57,204 bases of DNA from NCBI GenBank assembly GCA_045804705.1, contig JBJMMQ010000120.1, forward strand, positions 1 to 57,204. The letters run 5' to 3'. The position numbers and the translations under genes were made by a program. Positions 51,836 to 57,204 of the stretch are shown in pieces (the stretch's first letter is position 1; every line of letters starts with the position of its first letter). The DNA is from Chloroflexota bacterium (GTDB lineage: Bacteria > Chloroflexota > Limnocylindria > Limnocylindrales > CSP1-4). The notes beneath the pieces are model-generated. The model was not told where the DNA came from and made no database searches. It saw nothing but the letters and a program-made list of their open reading frames with translations.

Positions 51836-53050
51836 ATGTCCCAGACGCTGTCCCACCCGACTTCGGGCGATCCGTCCGATCCGCAGACGATCCGCCCCTT
51901 CACGTTCAACGTGACCGACGAGGACCTCGCGGACCTGCGCCGTCGCGTCGAGGCCACCCGTTGGCCCGATCGCGAGACCGATCCGACGCAGGGGGTCCGG
52001 TCGGAGACGATCCAGGCGCTGGCCCGGTACTGGGCGTCGGACTACGACTGGCGGACCTTCGAGAAGCGCTTCGCGGCGCTACCGCATTTCGTCACCACGA
52101 TCGACGAGGTCGACATCCACTTCATCCACGTCCGTTCAGCACATGACGACGCATTGCCGCTCATCGTCACCCACGGCTGGCCCGGTTCGACGATCGAGCA
52201 ACTCAAGATCATCGACCCGCTGACCGACCCGACGGCCCACGGCGGCCGCCCCGAAGACGCCTTTCACCTGATCATCCCCTCGCTGCCCGGCCACGGCTTT
52301 TCAGGAAAGCCGACGGTGACCGGTTGGGACCCGATCCGCATCGCACGTGCCTGGGCCGAGCTCATGACCCGCCTCGGATACGACCGGTATGTCGCCCAGG
52401 GCGGTGACTGGGGCAACGCCGTCACCGAGCAGCTCGCGCTGCTGAAGCCCGACGGTCTGCTCGGGATCCACACCAACATGCCGGCTACCCTTCCCCCCGA
52501 GGTATCGAAGGCGCTCGGCTCGGGCAGTCCCAAGCCCGACGGGATGTCCCGTGAGGAAGACGTTGCATTCGAGATCCTGAAGCACTTCTTCGCGACGGGC
52601 ATCGGCTACGCCCAGGAGATGGGCAACCGGCCGCAGACGCTGTACGCCCTCGAGGACTCGCCCGTGGGCCTCGCCGCATGGATGATCGACCACGACGAAC
52701 GGAGCTACGAGCTCATCGAGAGGGCATTCGTCGGGCAGGCGGGTGGACTGACACGAGATGACGTCCTCGACAACATCACCCACTACTGGCTGACCAGGTC
52801 GGGCGTCTCGTCCGCACGCCTCTACTGGGAGAGCCACTTGGCGTTCTTCGACATCAAGGGGGTCGACCTGCCGGTCGGCGTGACGGTCTTTCCCGACGAG
52901 CTGTATCCGGCTCCCAGGTCATGGGCCGAGAAGGCGTACCCGAAGCTCGTGCACTACAACAGGGTCGCGGAGGGCGGTCACTTTGCGGCCTGGGAGCAGC
53001 CGCAGCTGCTGAGCGAGGAGATCCGGGCGACATTCCGCACAGTGAGGTAG
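51836..53050 (+). CDS. Epoxide hydrolase (N-terminal EHN domain + alpha/beta hydrolase)
   Basis: 404 aa with IRPFTFNVTDEDLADLRRRVEATRWPD, the HGWPGS oxyanion motif and the nucleophile context GGDWG. Confidence 0.85.
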   Translation: MSQTLSHPTSGDPSDPQTIRPFTFNVTDEDLADLRRRVEATRWPDRETDPTQGVRSETIQALARYWASDYDWRTFEKRFAALPHFVTTIDEVDIHFIHVRSAHDDALPLIVTHGWPGSTIEQLKIIDPLTDPTAHGGRPEDAFHLIIPSLPGHGFSGKPTVTGWDPIRIARAWAELMTRLGYDRYVAQGGDWGNAVTEQLALLKPDGLLGIHTNMPATLPPEVSKALGSGSPKPDGMSREEDVAFEILKHFFATGIGYAQEMGNRPQTLYALEDSPVGLAAWMIDHDERSYELIERAFVGQAGGLTRDDVLDNITHYWLTRSGVSSARLYWESHLAFFDIKGVDLPVGVTVFPDELYPAPRSWAEKAYPKLVHYNRVAEGGHFAAWEQPQLLSEEIRATFRTVR

Positions 53051-53055
53051 CGGGC

Positions 53056-54066
53056 ATGATCGGTTCGATCGCGCATCGGCTCGCCGGCGACGATGTCGTG
53101 CTGCCGGTCGAGGGCCAGCTCTCGTCCTTCGCGCGCGCGACGGGCTGGCTCGGCTCAGAGCCGCTGACCCCGGAGGGCCTGCGAGGGCGAGTCGTCCTGG
53201 TCGACTTCTGGACGTACACGTGCGTGAACTGGCTCCGGACGCTGCCATACCTGCGCGCCTGGGATGCGAAGTACCGCGAAGCAGGCCTGACGATCGTGGG
53301 CGTCCACACTCCGGAGTTCGGCTTCGAGCATGACCTCGACAACGTCACGACCCAGTCGCGGACCCAGGGCGTGCCGTACCCGATCGCGCTCGACAACGAC
53401 TACGGCGTGTGGCGCGACTTCGCGAACCACTTCTGGCCGGCGGTCTACCTCGCCGACGCAGAGGGGCGGATCCGTTTCCACCATTTCGGGGAGGGCGAGT
53501 ACGCCATGACCGAGATGGTCATCCAGCAGCTGCTCGACGACTCGGGTGCCGAGGACGTGGCCCGCGACCTCGTCTCGGTCGACCCGCGCGGTCTCGAGGT
53601 GGCGGCGGACTGGTCGTCGGTTCGGACGCCGGAGACCTACGTCGGGTACGGGCAGGCCAGCGGCTTCGCCCAATCTGATGTGGCTTCGCTCGATGCCTCC
53701 GCCGTCTACGAGCTCCTCCCGCTCCGATTGAACGAGTGGGCACTTGCCGGGACCTGGGAGGTGGCGCGACACGCGGGCGTCTCGGTGGAGGCCGGGGCGC
53801 GCATCGCATTCCGGTTCCATGCGCGTGACCTCAACCTCGTGATGGGTCCGGCCTCGCGGACAGCGGCTGTTCCATTTCGCGTCTCACTCGACGGGGCGGC
53901 GGCCGGCGACGCGCACGGCGTCGATGTCGATGCAGCCGGCAACGGCGTCCTCGATGATCAGCGGACCTACCAGCTGATCCGTCAGAAGGGCCCGATCGTC
54001 GAACGCACCTTCGAGATCGAGTTCCTTGCTGCCGGTGCCGAGGCGTACTGCTTCACCTTCGGCTGA
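53056..54066 (+). CDS. DipZ-C-terminal-like thioredoxin-fold protein (redoxin + beta-sandwich), active site CxxW
   Basis: ATG at 53056 (MIGSIAHRL...). VVLVDFWTYTCVNWLRTLPYLRAW...IVGVHTPEFGFEHD..YPIALDNDY..W..FWPAVYL. The C-terminal half resembles the DipZ carbohydrate-binding-like module. Confidence 0.7.
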   Translation: MIGSIAHRLAGDDVVLPVEGQLSSFARATGWLGSEPLTPEGLRGRVVLVDFWTYTCVNWLRTLPYLRAWDAKYREAGLTIVGVHTPEFGFEHDLDNVTTQSRTQGVPYPIALDNDYGVWRDFANHFWPAVYLADAEGRIRFHHFGEGEYAMTEMVIQQLLDDSGAEDVARDLVSVDPRGLEVAADWSSVRTPETYVGYGQASGFAQSDVASLDASAVYELLPLRLNEWALAGTWEVARHAGVSVEAGARIAFRFHARDLNLVMGPASRTAAVPFRVSLDGAAAGDAHGVDVDAAGNGVLDDQRTYQLIRQKGPIVERTFEIEFLAAGAEAYCFTFG

Positions 54067-54082
54067 CGGGTACCCTCGAGGA

Positions 54083-55348
54083 GTGGAGACGGTGAGCCGC
54101 ATCCGACCGTCGGCTGAGGCTGGCATCCGCCGCGTCGCCGCCATCGGCGACGACCCTGGTGACGACGAGGACCTGCGCCAGCGGAAGGCGCTCCTCGTCC
54201 TGATCTCGATCCTGATCCTGCCCGTCGCCGGGTTGTGGAGCGCGCTGTATCTCGTCCTCGGGTCGCCGGTCGGCTATGCCCCGTTGGTCTACTTCGCGGT
54301 CATCGTCGGGTCGATCGTCGTCTTCTCGCGGAATCGCGACTTCGCGCAGCTGCTCCGGACGGGCCAGGTCGCCATCCTTCTCGCACCGACGCTGTCGATG
54401 ATCCCTCTTGGCGGGTTCGTCCCGGCAGCCGCCGTCGGCTTCTGGGGGATCCTCGCGCCGCTCGCCGCCCTCGTCTTCTCCGACGTTCGCGACGCGGTCC
54501 GCTGGTTCGTCGCATGGGTCATCGTCTTCCTGGCCTCGGGGATCATCGGTGCGTTGATCGAGCCGGTCCCGCCGCCGCTGCCCGCGTGGTTCACGAGCGC
54601 GATGCTCGCGTTGAACGTCGTGGTCGGCGGCGCGATCGTCTTCACTCTGCTCGCGGTCTTCGCCCAGCAGCGTCGCGCCGCGCTCGCCGCCCTCCGCCGC
54701 GAGCAGGTCAGGGCCGAGAGCCTTCTCCTCAACATCCTCCCGGGGTCGATCGCAGAGAGGCTCAAGGACGACACCCAGCGGATCGCGGACCAGTTCGGCG
54801 CGGCCTCGATCCTGTTCGCCGACGTGGTCGACTTCACCCCCTGGTCCGAACGGCGCTCCCCCGCGGAGGTGGTCGGATTCCTCGATGACCTGTTCAGCCA
54901 CTTCGATGTCCTGGCGGACCGATATGGGCTCGAGAAGATCAAGACGATCGGCGACTGCTACATGGTCGCGGCGGGCGTCCCGGTCCCACGCCCCGACCAC
55001 GCGCGCGCACTCGCCCTGGTTGCGCTGGACATGCTCGAGGCGATGGGCAGGACCGAGGTCGTGGGGACGTTCGATCTCGAGCTTCGGATCGGCATCAACT
55101 CTGGCCCGGTCGTGGCGGGTGTGATCGGGCGGAAACGCTTCCTCTACGACCTCTGGGGCGACGCCGTCAACACCGCGAGCCGGATGGAGTCGCACGGCAC
55201 ACCCGGTCGCATCCAGGTCACACGAGCCACGCGTGACCTGCTCGCAGACGAGTTCGATCTCGAGCCGCGCGGGACGATCCCGATCAAGGGCAAAGGCGAG
55301 ATCGAGACGTGGTATCTCGTCGGCCCCAAGGCTCCGGACGCGAGCTGA
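54083..55348 (+). CDS. Membrane-bound class III adenylate/guanylate cyclase (6 TM N-domain)
   Basis: Cyclase motifs ASILFADVVDFT, KTIGDCYMVAAG, GINSGPVVAGVIG and YDLWGDAVNTASRMES. The start is uncertain (GTG 54083 or 54092; the track start 54026 overlaps the previous gene). Confidence 0.88.
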   Translation: METVSRIRPSAEAGIRRVAAIGDDPGDDEDLRQRKALLVLISILILPVAGLWSALYLVLGSPVGYAPLVYFAVIVGSIVVFSRNRDFAQLLRTGQVAILLAPTLSMIPLGGFVPAAAVGFWGILAPLAALVFSDVRDAVRWFVAWVIVFLASGIIGALIEPVPPPLPAWFTSAMLALNVVVGGAIVFTLLAVFAQQRRAALAALRREQVRAESLLLNILPGSIAERLKDDTQRIADQFGAASILFADVVDFTPWSERRSPAEVVGFLDDLFSHFDVLADRYGLEKIKTIGDCYMVAAGVPVPRPDHARALALVALDMLEAMGRTEVVGTFDLELRIGINSGPVVAGVIGRKRFLYDLWGDAVNTASRMESHGTPGRIQVTRATRDLLADEFDLEPRGTIPIKGKGEIETWYLVGPKAPDAS

Positions 55349-55352
55349 GGCG

Positions 55353-56009
55353 ATGGCGACGTTCGCGTTCATCCACGGTGCGGGCGACGTCGGATGGTAC
55401 TGGCATCTCGTCGAGGCCGACCTTCGGGATCGCGGGCATGTCACGGTGGCGCCCGACCTTCCGGTCGAGGACGAGGCGGCTGGGCTCGTGGAATACGCTG
55501 AAACCGTCGTCGAGGCGCTTCCTGATCGACGCGATGTCGTCGTCGTCGCGCAATCCTTCGGCGGATATGTCGCCCCGATCGTGGCCGGGGCCGTCGACGC
55601 TCGCCTGATCGTCCTTGTCGCGGCGATGATCCCGTCACCGGGCGAATCGGCCGAGGAGATGTTCGCGGCGACGGGATGGCAGGCCGAGCAGCTGCCGAAC
55701 GCGAGCACGGAGGCGCTCTTCTATCACGACGTCCCGCACGCGCTCGCCCTCGAAGCGATGAGGCGCGGCCGGAACCAGTCCGACACGCCCGGCCGGCAGC
55801 CATGGCCGATGGCGGGGTGGCCCGACATCTCGACGCGTTTCGTCCTGTGCCGGAACGACCGTTTCTTCCCGCCACGGTGGCTGCGTCCCCTGGTTGGCGA
55901 TCGCCTCGGCATCGAACCCGACGAGATCGACAGCGGCCACTGCGCAGCACTGAGCCGGCCGGCCGAGCTCGCGGGGCTGCTCGATCGGTCTGTGACCGAA
56001 GGGCGGTAG
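55353..56009 (+). CDS. Alpha/beta-fold hydrolase (esterase-like)
   Basis: ATG at 55353 (MATFAFIHGAGDVGWYW). The nucleophile elbow is AQSFGG and there is a C-terminal SGHC. Confidence 0.75.
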   Translation: MATFAFIHGAGDVGWYWHLVEADLRDRGHVTVAPDLPVEDEAAGLVEYAETVVEALPDRRDVVVVAQSFGGYVAPIVAGAVDARLIVLVAAMIPSPGESAEEMFAATGWQAEQLPNASTEALFYHDVPHALALEAMRRGRNQSDTPGRQPWPMAGWPDISTRFVLCRNDRFFPPRWLRPLVGDRLGIEPDEIDSGHCAALSRPAELAGLLDRSVTEGR

Positions 56010-56083
56010 GAAGTCGGGCGTGCTGCCGCGCGGCTCCGCCCCCAGAGGGAGCGAGAGTCGCGCAGCACATCCGTCCGCGGACG

Positions 56084-56500
56084 TCAGCCGACGGGCTGAG
56101 GATCACCGAGGACGGGGCACCGGAAGTCCGCGGGGGCGTTTCTGACGAGTGACACGTCTCCGCTCGCGACGAGCGATTCGAGCTGCGCCCAGCTGGTCAC
56201 CAGCGTGGATGGATCACCTCCGGTCCACGTTGCCATGTAGACAGCCCAGCGGCCGCCGTGATGGCCGGTCGGGCTCCCGGGGGCGAACTGGGCGACACCG
56301 AACTGGTCCGCGTTCGTGGAATTCGCGAACTTCGCGAACGGATCCGTCCCGGTGCCATCCGGGACGTTCGCCGCGTTCCCGAAGACGCGGTAGACCTGAT
56401 CGTTCGCATAGACGGCGCCGAACGTGCGCGCGCCGACCGGTCCAGCGACCGTCATGAGGGTGAGGATCCCGACCGCGAGGGCCACCGTGATCCGTTTCAT
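56084..56500 (-). CDS. Small secreted protein, unknown function
   Basis: ATG at 56500 with GGAGG 5 nt upstream. The signal peptide is MKRITVALAVGILTLMTVAGPVGA. No family recognised. Confidence 0.55.
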   Translation of the reverse strand: MKRITVALAVGILTLMTVAGPVGARTFGAVYANDQVYRVFGNAANVPDGTGTDPFAKFANSTNADQFGVAQFAPGSPTGHHGGRWAVYMATWTGGDPSTLVTSWAQLESLVASGDVSLVRNAPADFRCPVLGDPQPVG

Positions 56501-56645
56501 CCGAACCTCCATCCGTTCCGTCGCGCCGGCCCTGTGCCGGCATCTCGGGCCACGATGGGCAGGAGCGGTGACGTCCGAACGACAGCGGGATGACGTTTCG
56601 GTGACGGGCGCGCGCGCGCTCGGAGGAGTCGGATGGAGGAGGGAG

Positions 56646-56720
56646 TGGAGCCGACACTCGGATTTGAACCGAGGACCTGCTGTTTACGAAACAGCTGCTC
56701 TACCACTGAGCTATGTCGGC
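56646..56720 (-). tRNA. tRNA-Thr (anticodon CGU), CCA encoded
   Basis: The reverse complement reads GCCGACA-TA-GCTCAGTGGTAGAGC-A-GCTGT-TTCGTAA-ACAGC-AGGTC-CTCGG-TTCAAAT-CCGAG-TGTCGGC-T-CCA. Confidence 0.95.
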
Positions 56721-56759
56721 CCGGGTCGCGAGTATAAGCGAGCGTTCCGAGAACCCCGG

Positions 56760-57203
56760 TCAGGGCGTGACGATCAGCACCGGATCGTGCGACGTCTCAC
56801 GCGTGGCGTACTCGGCCTGGTTCGTGTTGCCCCCGGTGATCCGGAATGTGTACGTGCCAGTGCCCGTGATGGCGGACTTCACGCTCACGTCGACCCACGT
56901 CCCGCTGGTCGTCGTGGCGAGGTTCGCCAGGCGTGGGGCGCTGCCGATGATCGGAGCGTTATTCCAGGTGATGCCGCTCTGGGTCCAGCTGTTGCTGACC
57001 CGATAGACGCTCCCGCCCGAAGTGCTCGGGTTGGTGACCCAGAGCCGGAGCCTGGCGGACGACGGCGCGCGGCTCAGGCCGGTGACGGAGAACTTCACGA
57101 AGCTGCGGTAAACGTCCTTTCGCACCTTCAGGACCGTCGAGCTCCCGTAGTTCGTGCTCTTGTGCGCCGATGAGACGTACGCATCAGCCGTTGCGGTGAA
57201 GAC
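56760..57203 (-). CDS. DNRLRE-domain-like secreted protein, C-terminal part (5' end beyond window)
   Basis: The frame of track ORF 56760..57125 stays open to the window end (VFTATADAYVSSAHKSTNYGSSTVLKVRKDVYRSFVKF...). Motifs TNYG, A.L.L.V, W....ITWNN.P and Y.SRE......P.L resemble the DNRLRE/carbohydrate-binding-type domain. Confidence 0.6.
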   Translation of the reverse strand, partial: VFTATADAYVSSAHKSTNYGSSTVLKVRKDVYRSFVKFSVTGLSRAPSSARLRLWVTNPSTSGGSVYRVSNSWTQSGITWNNAPIIGSAPRLANLATTTSGTWVDVSVKSAITGTGTYTFRITGGNTNQAEYATRETSHDPVLIVTP

Positions 57204-57204
57204 C

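Noticed and set aside
54053-55708. 551-aa minus-strand ORF antisense to the adenylate cyclase gene
   Set aside because: It is a shadow ORF. The + strand shows the complete set of class III cyclase motifs.

Overview
This is a 57.2-kb, very GC-rich chromosomal segment in which third codon positions are almost all G/C. Gene content and motifs look like a high-GC Gram-positive-type lineage (Actinomycetota-like); a Chloroflexota-type MAG cannot be excluded. All calls come from reading the ORF translations and DNA by eye, with no database search.

I can support about 58 protein genes and two tRNAs (Glu-UUC and Thr-CGU, both with encoded CCA). I see no rRNA, no CRISPR array and no recognisable transposase, integrase or phage gene. 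Many neighbouring genes share ATGA, GTGA or TGATG stop/start overlaps, so much of the window is organised in tight operons.

Content from left to right:
- a 5'-truncated modular surface protein;
- an ECF sigma / membrane anti-sigma-like / MBL hydrolase trio;
- a PHP histidinol phosphatase;
- a DUF3105-FAH-tdh-kbl block, then a GH13 glycosidase;
- tRNA-Glu, followed by a MerR-type regulator with a membrane partner;
- a DMT transporter, an orphan NarL-type regulator and a hydrolase;
- galU and a PASTA Ser/Thr kinase;
- a folC-folP-folB operon headed by an unknown 93-aa four-Cys protein;
- an RR-HK-HtrA envelope-stress module with mprA-mprB-pepD synteny;
- ribosomal protein L25/Ctc;
- a LigC ligase / oxidoreductase / PrimPol repair cluster;
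- a YciI and long sigma-factor pair;
- a copper module (Sco fusion protein plus a two-domain multicopper oxidase);
- a dimethylglycine-dehydrogenase-like enzyme with EtfBA;
- a Kv-type K+ channel, a CDF transporter and a TetR/NmrA pair;
- an epoxide hydrolase, a DipZ-like redoxin and a membrane adenylate cyclase;
- tRNA-Thr and a truncated DNRLRE-type secreted protein.

I do not see a clear defence island or mobile element. The least explained pieces, and the best candidates for something new, are:
1. the four-Cys protein translationally coupled to folC;
2. a multi-stem, riboswitch-like intergenic RNA candidate at 6281-6453;
3. the Ku-less LigC/PrimPol cluster, where the PrimPol has a C-terminal extension of about 160 aa and an oxidoreductase is co-transcribed with the ligase;
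4. the three-domain Sco fusion with its palindrome-bearing promoter.

None of these is proven novel from the sequence alone.
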